Positions 39,845 through 50,196 of a stretch of 64,000 nucleotides of DNA are shown one piece after another. Under the pieces are notes generated by a model that had not been told where the DNA came from, made no database searches, and saw only the letters and a program-made list of their open reading frames with translations. Source of the stretch: Candidatus Nitrospinota bacterium M3_3B_026 (GTDB lineage: Bacteria; Nitrospinota_A; UBA7883; JBPRGF01); assembly GCA_051418015.1 (NCBI GenBank), contig JBPRGF010000033.1:394698-458697 (forward strand). The letters are read 5' to 3'. The stretch's first letter is position 1. Each line of letters starts with the position of its first letter. The position numbers and the translations under genes are program-made.

Positions 39845-40275
39845 AGCGCGTCAAAAAATGTCCGGCCTGCGGCGCGGAGGCGCCCATCCGCCTGAACCCT
39901 TATCTCACGGTGGATATAATCATAGAGGTGGGGGACAGAATCGTTCTCATCGAGCGCGGCGGCGAGCCGGAAGGCTGGGCCATCCCTGGCGGGTTCGTCG
40001 ATTACGGCGAGACGGTGGAGGCCGCCGCCGTCCGCGAGGCGAGAGAGGAGACGGGGCTGGACGTGGAGCTTGTCCGTCAGTTCCATGTATATTCGGACCC
40101 TCGCCGCGACCCGCGCCAGCACAACGCCTCGGTGGTCTTCATCGCGAAAGCCGAGGGCGAGCCGAAGGGAGGCGACGATGCGAAGCGGGCGGCTCTTTTC
40201 ACGAAGGACAGTCTGCCGCAGCTTGCCTTCGACCACGAGAAGATACTGGACGACTATTTCAACAAGAGATACTAG
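39841..40275 (+). CDS. NUDIX hydrolase with N-terminal CxxC zinc-ribbon
   Basis: 144 aa from ATG 39841 (ATGA overlap with hisC); Nudix box [24 protein letters not shown]. Confidence 0.8.
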   Translation: MKRVKKCPACGAEAPIRLNPYLTVDIIIEVGDRIVLIERGGEPEGWAIPGGFVDYGETVEAAAVREAREETGLDVELVRQFHVYSDPRRDPRQHNASVVFIAKAEGEPKGGDDAKRAALFTKDSLPQLAFDHEKILDDYFNKRY

Positions 40276-40277
40276 GC

Positions 40278-41219
40278 ATGTCCGAAGAAGCCTTCGACGT
40301 CGTAACGGGCGCGTTCGGATACTCCGGCAAGTACATAACAAAATTTCTGCTGGAAAAAGGACGGAAGGTCCGTACGATAACAGGCTCGCCGGAGCGGGAA
40401 AATCCTTTCGGCGAAAAGGTCGCCCCCTTCCCGTTCAACTTCGGCAAGCCCGAAAAACTCGTGGAGACGCTGCGCGGCGCGGACGTTCTTTACAACACCT
40501 ACTGGGTGCGGTTCAACCATGGAGACTTCACCCACGAGGCGGCCGTCCAGAACACCTTCACGCTTTTCGCCGCGGCGAAGGAGGCGGGCGTCCGGAGAGT
40601 CGTCCACATCAGCATAACGAACCCTTCCGAGGATTCGCCGCTTGAGTATTTCCGGGGCAAGGCAAGGCAGGAGCGGTCGCTAATGGAGTCCGGCCTGTCA
40701 TACGCCATCCTGCGGCCCACGGTTCTTTTCGGCGACGAGGACATACTGATAAACAACATAGCGTGGGTTTTGAGGCGGTTCCCCGCATTCGGCCTGTTCG
40801 GGTTCGGCGACTACCGCCTGCGTCCCATGTTCGTGGAGGACATGGCGGCGCTGGCCGTCGAGCAGGGGGAGGGCTCCGAAAACGTCGTGATCGACGCCGT
40901 GGGGCCGGAGTCTTTCGCCTTCCGGGATCTGGTGGAAACCATCGCCGACGCTATAGGCGTCCGGCGTCTCATCGTCCCCATGCCCCCGTTCGCGGCGCAT
41001 CTTTTCGGCGCGGTCATGGGCAAGCTCAAGGGCGACGTTCTCATCACGAGGGATGAGATCGACGGGCTGATGGCCGGGCTCCTGGACACGGACTCCCCAG
41101 CCACCGGAGCCACGCGGCTTACCGAGTGGATAAGGGAAAACCGGGAAACGCTGGGCCGCAAGTACTCAAGCGAACTCGCCCGCAGGCTGGACAGGAAGAG
41201 CGCCTACGAGAGGCTTTAA
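40278..41219 (+). CDS. NAD(P)-binding Rossmann protein, NmrA/NDUFA9-like (atypical SDR)
   Basis: 313 aa; GAFGYSGKYITKFLLEKG dinucleotide-binding motif. Confidence 0.7.
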   Translation: MSEEAFDVVTGAFGYSGKYITKFLLEKGRKVRTITGSPERENPFGEKVAPFPFNFGKPEKLVETLRGADVLYNTYWVRFNHGDFTHEAAVQNTFTLFAAAKEAGVRRVVHISITNPSEDSPLEYFRGKARQERSLMESGLSYAILRPTVLFGDEDILINNIAWVLRRFPAFGLFGFGDYRLRPMFVEDMAALAVEQGEGSENVVIDAVGPESFAFRDLVETIADAIGVRRLIVPMPPFAAHLFGAVMGKLKGDVLITRDEIDGLMAGLLDTDSPATGATRLTEWIRENRETLGRKYSSELARRLDRKSAYERL

Positions 41220-42379
41220 GAGGTCGAGGCGCCGCGCGCCCGCTCCACGATATCCGGCAGGACGGCCATGAGATAGTCCACGTCCTCCATCGTGTTCTGC
41301 CGCCCGAGGGATATCCGCAGGCTGCCGTTTATGAACTCGGCGGGGACATCCATGGCCTTGAGGACATGGGAAGGCTCCATGGCGCCGGAGCCGCACGCGG
41401 AGCCGGTTGAAACAAGAACGCCCTCCATATCCAAGTTGATGAAGAGCGCCTCGCCGTCGGCGCCTTTGAAGGATGCGTTCAGCGTCCCCGGCAGGCGCCT
41501 TTCACCACCGCCGTTCACGCGGACGTCTTTTATGGTCTCGATGATCCTGCGTTCCAGCTCGTCGCGCAGGCTCCTGATCCGCTCCGCCTCGCTTTCAAGC
41601 TCCGCCGCGCCCAGCTCCACCGCCTTGGCAAAACCGATGATCCCCGGCGCGTTCTCCGTCCCGGCGCGAAGGCCGCGTTCATGATGACCGCCATGAAACA
41701 GCGGCTCCACCTTCGTCCCGCTTCGGACGTAGAGCGCCCCGACGCCTTTGGGGCCGTTCACCTTGTGGGACGACAACGAGAGCATGTCGACGCCGAGGTC
41801 GTCGACATTGACAGGTATCTTCATGAACGCCTGCACGGCGTCGGTGTGGACGGCGGCTCCTTTCGTCCGCGCCAGCTCAGCGATCCGCCCCACAGGCTGG
41901 ATCACGCCGGATTCGTTGTTGGCAAGCATTATCGTGACGAGGATCGTGTCGTCATCGACAGCCTCCGCCACCGCCTTCTCGTCAACGGCCCCGGCCCCGG
42001 AGACGGGAGCTTTTCTGACCGCGATACCGTTATTCTCCAGGTATTCGAGGCTCCCGAAAACGGCGGGATGCTCTATTGCGGACGTGACGATGGCCGGGGA
42101 CGCGCCACTTCTGTTGGCCGCGGCGAACCCTTTCACTGCAAGGTTGTCCGCCTCCGTCCCGCCGGAGGTGAAAAAAATCTCCGAAGGCTTAGCGCCGATG
42201 GCGGACGCGATTGTCTCCCGCGCATCGCTTATCCACGCCTTTGCCTCGCGCCCAAGTCGATGGGCGGACGATGGGTTGCCGAAAGACGCCTCGTAAAATG
42301 GAAGCATTGCCTCCAGCGCCTCCGGGCGGACGGGAGTTGTGGCGTTGTTGTCGAGGTAGACAAGCCTGGGGGCCGTCAT
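41216..42379 (-). CDS. cysteine desulfurase (NifS/IscS family)
   Basis: 387 aa; PLP-Lys SLSSHKVNGPKGVGALYV and catalytic STGSACGSG region. Confidence 0.9.
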   Translation of the reverse strand: MTAPRLVYLDNNATTPVRPEALEAMLPFYEASFGNPSSAHRLGREAKAWISDARETIASAIGAKPSEIFFTSGGTEADNLAVKGFAAANRSGASPAIVTSAIEHPAVFGSLEYLENNGIAVRKAPVSGAGAVDEKAVAEAVDDDTILVTIMLANNESGVIQPVGRIAELARTKGAAVHTDAVQAFMKIPVNVDDLGVDMLSLSSHKVNGPKGVGALYVRSGTKVEPLFHGGHHERGLRAGTENAPGIIGFAKAVELGAAELESEAERIRSLRDELERRIIETIKDVRVNGGGERRLPGTLNASFKGADGEALFINLDMEGVLVSTGSACGSGAMEPSHVLKAMDVPAEFINGSLRISLGRQNTMEDVDYLMAVLPDIVERARGASTS

Positions 42380-42388
42380 TTCTTCCCT

Positions 42389-43402
42389 TCAGCCGACACG
42401 CAACTTCGCCAGGATATCCTCCGGGGCAGGGCGCGCGGAGACGGTGAACGCGCTTTCGTCCCCCTTGCGGTGATATTTTATCTCCAAGGGGTCGCCGTTG
42501 GTCCTGTCGCAATACCGCGCCGCGACGGCTCCGGCCAGCTCCACGGACTCGCGGGATAGCTTGCCGCGGGCGACGGAGAGCGGCCCGCGCGCCCGGGCGG
42601 GGTAGAAGATGAAATCCTCAGGCCGGGCCATTCTCTTGAGCTTTTCGTTTTCCTCGTGGTCACGCCCCACGATCAGCTTCAACTCGTCCGTTATTCTGAA
42701 ATGCCTCCCCAGGCGAAGGAGCCTTGCGTCCTTGACGGAGGCGGACTCGTCATGGGCGAGCATGTCCTTCATCCTCATTGCGAAGTGGGGGTCCGTGAGC
42801 AGGCATCCGCCGGAGGAGCAGAGATTGTCGGTCATGCCGAACTCTTCCTTGGCGATCTTGATCTGCTCCTTTCGGGAACGGCCGTGGATGGCGAGCATCT
42901 TCTCCCTGTCGATAAGCCCTTCCTTCTCCGGGACAGTCGGCGGCAAAAGCTTCGCGCACAGCGGCCGGACAACCAGGCCGGAAAGACCCGCCTCACGGTC
43001 GATGAGGTTCATCCTGTCGAGCTTCTGGGACATCCCACGCTGGCCCAGCACCTCGCCGGTGAATATGAACGCCGCGCCCTCCTCATCCATGATCTCCTTC
43101 GCGCGGCGGAAGATCATGATCCTGCAATCCACGCACGGGTTCATATTCTTGCCGTAGCCGTGCTCGGGATTCCTTACGAGGTCTATGTACTCCCTGCCCA
43201 TGAACTCCACCCTGGCGGGGACTCCCAGCTCCTCGGCCAGGCGCGCTGCCTCGTTCTTGCATCCATGGCCCTTGTGAGTGCAGGTGCAGAAGGGGCTCGT
43301 GAAGTTCAGGGCGATTATGTCGAAACCCAGCTTTTTCATTATTCGGGCCGCCAGCGTGCTGTCCAGCCCGCCGGACAGCAGCCCTATAGTCTTTACAGCC
43401 AA
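42389..43402 (-). CDS. PP-loop ATP-pyrophosphatase family protein, putative tRNA sulfurtransferase (ThiI/TtuA-like, no THUMP domain)
   Basis: 337 aa; SGGLDS PP-loop at the N-terminus plus CxxC motifs (NPCVDCRIM, CTCTHKGHGC); immediately downstream of nifS. Confidence 0.65.
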   Translation of the reverse strand: MAVKTIGLLSGGLDSTLAARIMKKLGFDIIALNFTSPFCTCTHKGHGCKNEAARLAEELGVPARVEFMGREYIDLVRNPEHGYGKNMNPCVDCRIMIFRRAKEIMDEEGAAFIFTGEVLGQRGMSQKLDRMNLIDREAGLSGLVVRPLCAKLLPPTVPEKEGLIDREKMLAIHGRSRKEQIKIAKEEFGMTDNLCSSGGCLLTDPHFAMRMKDMLAHDESASVKDARLLRLGRHFRITDELKLIVGRDHEENEKLKRMARPEDFIFYPARARGPLSVARGKLSRESVELAGAVAARYCDRTNGDPLEIKYHRKGDESAFTVSARPAPEDILAKLRVG

Positions 43403-43439
43403 TTCACGCGCCTTTCCTGATATCGGTTTTTCGGCTCTG

Positions 43440-44447
43440 TCAATACAGTATTTCTATGTATGCCTGGGAGCGCAAACGATCAAGCCACGCGTCCTTCTTC
43501 TTTTGGAAGGCCTCTTCTCGCATGAGAGCCATCACCTTCTCCTTCACCTCATCGAAAGGCAGAGGCCTGGGCTCTATCCTGTCCGTGACCTTGATGAGAT
43601 GGAAGCCGTAGCGCGTGACCGCAGGGCCCCCCACTTCGCCCGTGTCGAGGGCGAAGGCGGCCTCTTCGAAGGCGGGGACCATGGACCCCCTGGTGAACCA
43701 GCCCAGGTCGCCCCCGTTTTTCGCCGCGCCGTCCTGCGACTCTTTTTTCGCGACCTCGGCGAAGTCGGCTCCGTTTTTTATCCTTTCCAACAGCTCCCTT
43801 ATTTTCTGTTTAGCCTTCCTGTAGTTCTTGGGGTCACCTTCCTGTGAGGCCAGCAGGACAATATGGCTTGCGCGGATTTTCTCCTTCGGGGGATCCATGA
43901 ACATCTTCCTGTTCCGCTCATAGTATGCGCGCGCCTCCTCCTCCGTGACGTTCACGCCGGTCACTTCGAGGCTGGAAATCTTGCGGGAGAGCATCTGTTC
44001 GCGCATCTTCTCCCTGTAGTCGTCCATACTCATCCCCTGAGCCTTCAGGGCCTGTTCGAACTGGTCATAGGTTATAGAGTTGCCCTCCAGCACCCTGTCT
44101 ATGGCCTGGTCCACCTCGCCTTCTTTCACGGTGACGTTGCTCTCCTTCGCGTAGTGGGCAATCACCTTTTCGTCTACCATGGATGACAGAACGGTCCGCT
44201 CCGAGAGCCTTCCCGGCGGGATGGCCCCCTCGTCCGGGCCGGCGAGCCTTTTTACAAGCTCTATCCTTTTCCTCACGTCGGAAAGGAGTATTATCTCCCC
44301 GTTGACGTTGGCCACCACCCTGTCCACGATTTCCGCGCGCGCCGGGGCGGAAAAGGCCGCCCCCGCGGCGAGGGTCAGGACAAGGACGCGGACAAGACCG
44401 CGGAGTGAATCTTTATCGGCGTTTTTTTCTTCAAAGTCTCCAGCCAT
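43440..44447 (-). CDS. SurA-like periplasmic parvulin-type peptidyl-prolyl cis-trans isomerase
   Basis: Signal peptide; PpiC/rotamase domain (ASHIVLL...GGDLGWFTRGSMVPAFEEAAF...GFHLIKV). The true start is probably downstream of the listed 44447 (72-nt overlap with the upstream gene). Confidence 0.78.
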   Translation of the reverse strand: MAGDFEEKNADKDSLRGLVRVLVLTLAAGAAFSAPARAEIVDRVVANVNGEIILLSDVRKRIELVKRLAGPDEGAIPPGRLSERTVLSSMVDEKVIAHYAKESNVTVKEGEVDQAIDRVLEGNSITYDQFEQALKAQGMSMDDYREKMREQMLSRKISSLEVTGVNVTEEEARAYYERNRKMFMDPPKEKIRASHIVLLASQEGDPKNYRKAKQKIRELLERIKNGADFAEVAKKESQDGAAKNGGDLGWFTRGSMVPAFEEAAFALDTGEVGGPAVTRYGFHLIKVTDRIEPRPLPFDEVKEKVMALMREEAFQKKKDAWLDRLRSQAYIEILY

Positions 44448-45361
44448 TCCTTGAACATCTCCTCCCGTTTAGGCTCCAGCAATATCTTCCTGATCCGCCC
44501 GGAAGCCTCCTCATAACTCATGGTGCGGGAATCCTCCCTCTCCACCACCCTGAAAATGTGGAAGCCGTATATGGATTTTACCACCTCGGATATGTCGCCC
44601 GTCCCGAGATCGAAAACAACGCCTTCCAGTTCCGGCGGAAGGAGCCCCTCGCTGATGAAGCCAAGGTCGCCTCCCTCGGCCGCCTCCGGGCTTTGCGAGA
44701 CCTCCCTGGCTGTCTCCGAAAAGTCCGCTCCGTTCAGCAGTTTTTCCCTGACCTGCTCGGCCGTGGTCTCGTCGTGGACCATGATCTGCATCACGTGAGC
44801 CCGCCGGGGCCAGACGAAGCTGTCCGCGTTCTCTTTGTAATATTTTTCCACTTCATCCTTTGTGACCTCAACCTTCGAGTCCACCTCCAACTTCACCAGG
44901 GCCTCGACTTTCATCCTGGTCTCCAGGTATTTTTTCCATTCATCGAAGGTGAAACCGCTCTCCGCCAGGGCTATCCCCAGCCTGGCCTCGTCATACTCGC
45001 CGAGTAGCTCCCTGACTCTCCGCTCCAGAGACTCAGGCGTCACGGTCACATTTTTTTCTTCCGCCTCGATTTCCAGCGCGGCGTTGTTTATCAGGCGTGT
45101 GAGCAACGCCTCCCTGATCCTCTCCTCGCCCTGGTTTTCCATTCCCTTGACGCCGAGCAACGATCTGTACCTGGCGAACTCGGCTTCGAGCTCGCCCAGG
45201 GTTATCTTCCTCTCGCCTACCTCGGCCACAACCGCTTCGGGGGCGTTTTTTGTCTCCGTCTCGCCTTCCAGGGGCTTTTCGCACCCCTGCGACAGGGCTC
45301 CCGCCGCGGCCAGGGCGGCGATCGCTATCCTTAATACTCTCATATTCCTCATAACGGTCAA
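44375..45361 (-). CDS. SurA/PrsA-like parvulin PPIase, lipoprotein
   Basis: Lipobox (LSQGC); PpiC domain (AHVMQIMV...GGDLGFISEGLLPPELEGVVF...GFHIFRV). Confidence 0.8.
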   Translation of the reverse strand: MTVMRNMRVLRIAIAALAAAGALSQGCEKPLEGETETKNAPEAVVAEVGERKITLGELEAEFARYRSLLGVKGMENQGEERIREALLTRLINNAALEIEAEEKNVTVTPESLERRVRELLGEYDEARLGIALAESGFTFDEWKKYLETRMKVEALVKLEVDSKVEVTKDEVEKYYKENADSFVWPRRAHVMQIMVHDETTAEQVREKLLNGADFSETAREVSQSPEAAEGGDLGFISEGLLPPELEGVVFDLGTGDISEVVKSIYGFHIFRVVEREDSRTMSYEEASGRIRKILLEPKREEMFKEWLETLKKKTPIKIHSAVLSASLS

Positions 45362-45394
45362 GACGGGGGATCAACGAAACCCCAATCTTTCATT

Positions 45395-48300
45395 TTAATT
45401 CTTTGCCCCCTCCGCGTCGATACTCACGGCGCCGGCCTCGGCCGAACCTTCAAGCAGATATCCCAGAAATCCGCGGATGGCCCCGTACCTCGCCTTCCAG
45501 CACGAGCCTTCGACCGTGAACTCCGCCGTCGTTTCCGAGGTGAACTTCAGCCTCCTTCCGAGCTCGTAGGCCGCCGTGACGGCAATATCCGGGCGCAATG
45601 GGGTGGACTTGTCGAAGCTCAGGATCAGCCTGTCCCGGATGACGTCCACCCTCTCCACTTTCAGTCTCTTGCAGAGCGCCCTTATCATCGCCACGGCCAG
45701 CAGCTTCTCCGTCTCCTCCGGCGGAGGGCCGAAGCGGTCTTTCATCTCCGCCTCCAGTTCCCGGACGTCCTCCGGGCCGGAGGCCTCGTTCAAGCGGTTG
45801 TAAAACTCCATGCGCTGGGTCAGGCCGGGGACATACTCCGGCGTGATCCTGCCGTCCAGGCCAAGATTCATGCTCACGTCGAATCGCTCCGGCGGCGCTT
45901 CGCCCTTCAGCTCGCGGATGGCGTCCTGGAGCATCTCGATGTAGGTGTCGAACCCCACCTCGTCGATGTGGCCGGACTGCTCCGATCCGAGCAGGTTGCC
46001 CGCGCCCCGTATCTCCATGTCCCTCGCCGCCAGCCGGAATCCGGAACCCAACTCCGAAAGCTCCTCTATCGCCTTGAGCCTCTTACGGGCGAGATCCTTG
46101 ACGGAGGACAGGCCGGGTACCAGCAGGAGGCCGTAGGCCCTGTGCCTGTCCCGCCCCACCCGGCCGCGGAGCTGGTAGAGCTGGGCGAGGCCAAACTGGT
46201 CGGCCCTGTTGATGATTATGGTATTGGCGGAGGGGATATCCAGTCCAGACTCTATGATGGTAGTGCAGACCAGGACGTCGAATCGCCTGTCCAGAAAATA
46301 GGTCATCACCCGCTCCAGCTCCCGCTCCGGCATCTGGCCGTGGGCGGCGGCCACGCGGGCCTCGGGGACGACGTTTTGGACGTACCGGGCCATCTTGTGT
46401 ATGGACAGGACCTTGTTGTGGACGAAGAAAACCTGCCCTCCCCTGTCCATCTCCCGCAGGACCGCCTCGCGGATCACATTGTCCGAGAATTTCGTTATGA
46501 CGGTCTTTATCGACATCCTGGCCGGCGGCGGCGTCTCTATCACCGACAGGTCGCGTATCCCCAGCATGGCGGTGTGCAATGTCCTGGGGATGGGCGTCGC
46601 GCTGAGCGTGAGGACGTCCACGCCCCGGCTTATGGCCTTCAGCCTCTCCTTGTGGGCGACACCGAAGCGCTGCTCCTCGTCTATTATGACCAACCCGAGG
46701 TTTTTGAACTTCACGTCTCTTTGCAGCAGCCTGTGGGTGCCGATGAGGATATCCACCATGCCGGCGGCGGTCCGCTCCAGGATATCCTTCTGCTCCTTCG
46801 CGGACTTGAACCTGCTGATGAACTCCACCGAGACGGGAGTGGCCTTGAACCTTTCGGCGAAGGTCTGGTAATGCTGCTGGGCCAGCAGCGTCGTCGGGAC
46901 AAGAGCGGTCACCTGCCCGCCGTCGTACACAGCCTTGAAAGCGGCGCGCATGGCGACCTCTGTCTTGCCGTAACCCACGTCACCGCATATCAGCCTGTCC
47001 ATCGGCTTCGGGCTCTCCATATCCGCCGCCACGTCCCGGCAGGCGGCAAGCTGGCCCTCCGTCTCCTCGTATTCAAACGAGTCCGCGAACTCACGGTGGA
47101 ACGCGCCGTCCGGCGAGCAGGCGCGGCCCTCCTTTATTTCCCGGGCGGCGTGTATCTTGAGGAGCTTTTCCGCCATCTCCATCACGCTCTTTTTCACCCT
47201 CGACCTGGTTTTTCTCCAGGTCGCGCCGCCCATCTTGTCGAGCTTGGGGTTCTGCCCCCCGCCGCCGTGATATTTCTTGAGCAGGTGTATGTTGTAAAGA
47301 GGCAGGAAGAGCTTCTGGCGGCCGGCGTATTCTATCTCCAGGTACTCGCCGGGCGTGTCGCCTATCGTCATCTCGGCGTTCCCCACGTAGCGGCCCACGC
47401 CGTGGAGGCGGTGCACCACGAGGTCGCCTTCCTTCAGGTCCTCCACGCCCGTCTCGAAGGCCCGCCCGGGACGACGGACCCTGTGGCGGACGGCGGGAGC
47501 CTTGCCGAATATCTCGTCCTCGGTCATCACCGCCCACCTGTCGGAAGGGATCACGAAGCCGGAGGCGAGCTTCCCGGCCGTTATGTAAAGGTTTTCCTCG
47601 TAAATGTCACGCTGGGGCGAGGTCAGGCTCTCCACCATCCGCTTGAGACCTTCCGCCGTGAGCGTCCCCGCGCCGAGCCCTTCCTCCCGCAAAATCCTGG
47701 AGAGTCTATCGGCCCCTCCCCTGGAAGAGGCGGCCAGGATGACGGTATAGCTTTCGGATATCTTTTCGCGCAGGTCGGAGACGAACGCCCGCATGTCGCC
47801 CCCGTGGCGGGTTGAGGAGCGGGCGGGGATGATGAAGGTTCTTTCGTCACCGTCCTCGACGGCCAACTCGCGCATGGCCAGGAGCCCGCCGCCCGCTATG
47901 GCGCTCTCGAGCCTTTCTTTTTCAAGGAACAGGTTTTCCGGCGGCGGCGCGATCCTCCCCTCATCCCTGGAGACGGCGCGCTCTTCCTCAATCAGGGACT
48001 GGAAAGACTCAAGCTGCTTTTCAATGTTGTCCGGCTCGTCCTGGATTATCGCGGCGGAGGGGGGGAGATAGTCGAAAATGTCCGCCCCATCGGGAAAAAA
48101 CAGGGGGTAGAGCGACTCCATCCCATCGAAAAAAACACCTTCCCGCAAAGCCTCTTCGACCTCGGCGAGCTGCCCCTCCGGCGCCCCGTGTTCCCCGGCG
48201 CGCTCTCGCAGGCCCAGGGCCAGCTTGTCCCTTTCCCGGCCATGATAGAAAACTTCCCGGAACGGGAGTACGACCGTTCTGTCCGTTTCCTCCACGGAGC

Positions 48301-48931
48301 GCTGGTTGTCCGGGTTGTAGAACCTAACGGACTCCACCTCGTCTCCGAAAAGCTCTATCCGGACAGGCAGCCGGCCAGCGCCGGAAAAGATGTCGACAAT
48401 CCCCCCACGGATGGAGAACTCCCCCCTCTCCGCGGCCACGGGGGCTCTTGTGTATCCCAGGGACACGAGCCGTTCCGCCAGGCGCTCAAGTCTCAGCATG
48501 TCGCCGGTTTTCACCTTCAGCGCGGCCCGGCGCAGAACCTCCGGGGGAACGGTCCTGCGCGCCATGGCCTCCACGGTGGTGACAAGGACGAACCTGTCCG
48601 GCGCCGCCAGCAGTTCCGAAAGCGTCAAAAGCCTCTGGCCGGCGATTTCCGGGTGCGGCGGCGTCTCCTCGTACGGCAGAACCTCCCACTGGGGGTAGTA
48701 ATAGACCGGCGCCGCGCCCGTTCCCATGGGCATGAAAAACTTCAGCGTCTCGAAAAACTCCTCCGCCCTCGACGCCTTGTCGACGACCACCACAACGGGC
48801 CTTGCGAGCCTCTCCACGAGCGTCGCCGCGACGAGCCCCTTCGCGGAGGACGCCAATCCGTTTATGGAGACAGGCCCGGCGCTGGCGCCGATTTTTTCAA
48901 TGACTGTTTCCAGCCCGTAAAGTGATATCAT
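45395..48931 (-). CDS. mfd: transcription-repair coupling factor
   Basis: 1178 aa; superfamily-2 helicase motifs (LICGDVGYGKTEVAMRAAF, DEEQRFG), UvrB-homology N-terminus and TRCF C-terminus. Confidence 0.95.
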   Translation of the reverse strand: MISLYGLETVIEKIGASAGPVSINGLASSAKGLVAATLVERLARPVVVVVDKASRAEEFFETLKFFMPMGTGAAPVYYYPQWEVLPYEETPPHPEIAGQRLLTLSELLAAPDRFVLVTTVEAMARRTVPPEVLRRAALKVKTGDMLRLERLAERLVSLGYTRAPVAAERGEFSIRGGIVDIFSGAGRLPVRIELFGDEVESVRFYNPDNQRSVEETDRTVVLPFREVFYHGRERDKLALGLRERAGEHGAPEGQLAEVEEALREGVFFDGMESLYPLFFPDGADIFDYLPPSAAIIQDEPDNIEKQLESFQSLIEEERAVSRDEGRIAPPPENLFLEKERLESAIAGGGLLAMRELAVEDGDERTFIIPARSSTRHGGDMRAFVSDLREKISESYTVILAASSRGGADRLSRILREEGLGAGTLTAEGLKRMVESLTSPQRDIYEENLYITAGKLASGFVIPSDRWAVMTEDEIFGKAPAVRHRVRRPGRAFETGVEDLKEGDLVVHRLHGVGRYVGNAEMTIGDTPGEYLEIEYAGRQKLFLPLYNIHLLKKYHGGGGQNPKLDKMGGATWRKTRSRVKKSVMEMAEKLLKIHAAREIKEGRACSPDGAFHREFADSFEYEETEGQLAACRDVAADMESPKPMDRLICGDVGYGKTEVAMRAAFKAVYDGGQVTALVPTTLLAQQHYQTFAERFKATPVSVEFISRFKSAKEQKDILERTAAGMVDILIGTHRLLQRDVKFKNLGLVIIDEEQRFGVAHKERLKAISRGVDVLTLSATPIPRTLHTAMLGIRDLSVIETPPPARMSIKTVITKFSDNVIREAVLREMDRGGQVFFVHNKVLSIHKMARYVQNVVPEARVAAAHGQMPERELERVMTYFLDRRFDVLVCTTIIESGLDIPSANTIIINRADQFGLAQLYQLRGRVGRDRHRAYGLLLVPGLSSVKDLARKRLKAIEELSELGSGFRLAARDMEIRGAGNLLGSEQSGHIDEVGFDTYIEMLQDAIRELKGEAPPERFDVSMNLGLDGRITPEYVPGLTQRMEFYNRLNEASGPEDVRELEAEMKDRFGPPPEETEKLLAVAMIRALCKRLKVERVDVIRDRLILSFDKSTPLRPDIAVTAAYELGRRLKFTSETTAEFTVEGSCWKARYGAIRGFLGYLLEGSAEAGAVSIDAEGAKN

Positions 48932-49226
48932 TCCCCATTGCTATCGTTAATCGTTAAAACCTCCGGACGGAGCTTTGGCCGGGGAGCCAGGCCCGTCCGT
49001 CATTCCCGGCCGCCACCCGGCGGAACATGTTGCGTTTATTCCTTCCATTATGTTCTAATTTCTTGTTATTGTCAGTTAAAGATGACGCGCCGCGCAAGCG
49101 GCGGGAAAAACACATGTTTTCCGATCCTCCACGGCGGCGGGTGCGGCTTTTCTCAAAAAAGGCCGTTCGCCGGGAGGAGATGACGAAAACAGAGGAAACA
49201 ACTTGCTGGAAGGAGATTTTCAGACC

Positions 49227-50135
49227 ATGACGGAGCCATCCCCGGACATTTCCATCAGGACTTTAATGGAGGCCGGCGTCCACTTCGGCCACCAGACAAA
49301 ACGCTGGAACCCGAAAATGCGAAAGTACATTTTCGGGTCGCGAAACGGCATCAACATTATCAACCTGAGAAAGACCGCCCCCCTTCTCGGCAAGGCGCTG
49401 GAGTTTTCAAAAAAGGTCGCCGCCGACGGAGGCAAGATCCTGTTCATAGGCTCCAAGCCCCAGGGCAAGGAGATCGTGAAGGAGGAGGCGATCCGCTGCG
49501 GGATGCCGTACGCCACGGAGCGCTGGCTGGGCGGAATGCTCACGAACTTCGAGACCGTCAAGAAAAGCGTCGCCCGCCTGAGAGATCTCGACCAGATGGA
49601 AGAGGACGGCGCCTTCGAGGCATTGTCGAAAAAGGAGTCCGCCAAGCTGCAGAAGGAACGGGGCAAGCTTCTGAAGAACCTCGGCGGTGTGAAAGACATG
49701 GACCGCCTCCCGGACGCTCTTTACATAGTGGATACCAAGAAAGAGAGCATCGCCCTGAAGGAGGGGCTGAAGCTTGGCATCCCGATAATCGCTATCGTGG
49801 ACACGAACTGCGACCCCGACGGCATAGAATACATCATCCCCGGAAATGACGACGCGGTGAAATCCATCCGGTTGGCGACCTCCGCCATAGCTGGAGCCAT
49901 CATGGAAGGCGTCAACGAGCATGGCATAAGGCAGAAGGCCCTGGCCGAGGAGATGGAGCGGGAGGCCGAAAGGAAGAAGGCCGAGGCAGAGGCCGCCAAA
50001 GCCAAGGCTGAGGCCGAAAAGGCTGCGGCGAAGAAGGAGGCAGAGGCCGAGCCCGTGGCCGCCCCATCCCAGGAAGAACAGCCGGAAGAGCGCAAGGACA
50101 AGCCCGAAGAATCGGAGGGGGAAAAGAAAGAGTAA
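49227..50135 (+). CDS. rpsB: 30S ribosomal protein S2, with an Ala/Lys/Glu-rich C-terminal extension
   Basis: S2 core ([15 protein letters not shown]...); start at MTEPSPD; C-terminal roughly 60 aa are low complexity ([24 protein letters not shown]). Confidence 0.93.
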   Translation: MTEPSPDISIRTLMEAGVHFGHQTKRWNPKMRKYIFGSRNGINIINLRKTAPLLGKALEFSKKVAADGGKILFIGSKPQGKEIVKEEAIRCGMPYATERWLGGMLTNFETVKKSVARLRDLDQMEEDGAFEALSKKESAKLQKERGKLLKNLGGVKDMDRLPDALYIVDTKKESIALKEGLKLGIPIIAIVDTNCDPDGIEYIIPGNDDAVKSIRLATSAIAGAIMEGVNEHGIRQKALAEEMEREAERKKAEAEAAKAKAEAEKAAAKKEAEAEPVAAPSQEEQPEERKDKPEESEGEKKE

Positions 50136-50196
50136 AAAACCCCGAAAAGAGGCTTTTTTGATAACCTTAAGTTGACGGAGGAACCCAGAAGCCGAT

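Noticed and set aside
45968-47815. 615-aa plus-strand ORF antisense to mfd; similar shadows at 22358..23848 and 25234..26568 opposite flhG/flhF and flhA
   Set aside because: All are antisense to strongly conserved genes and show high-GC shadow-frame composition.
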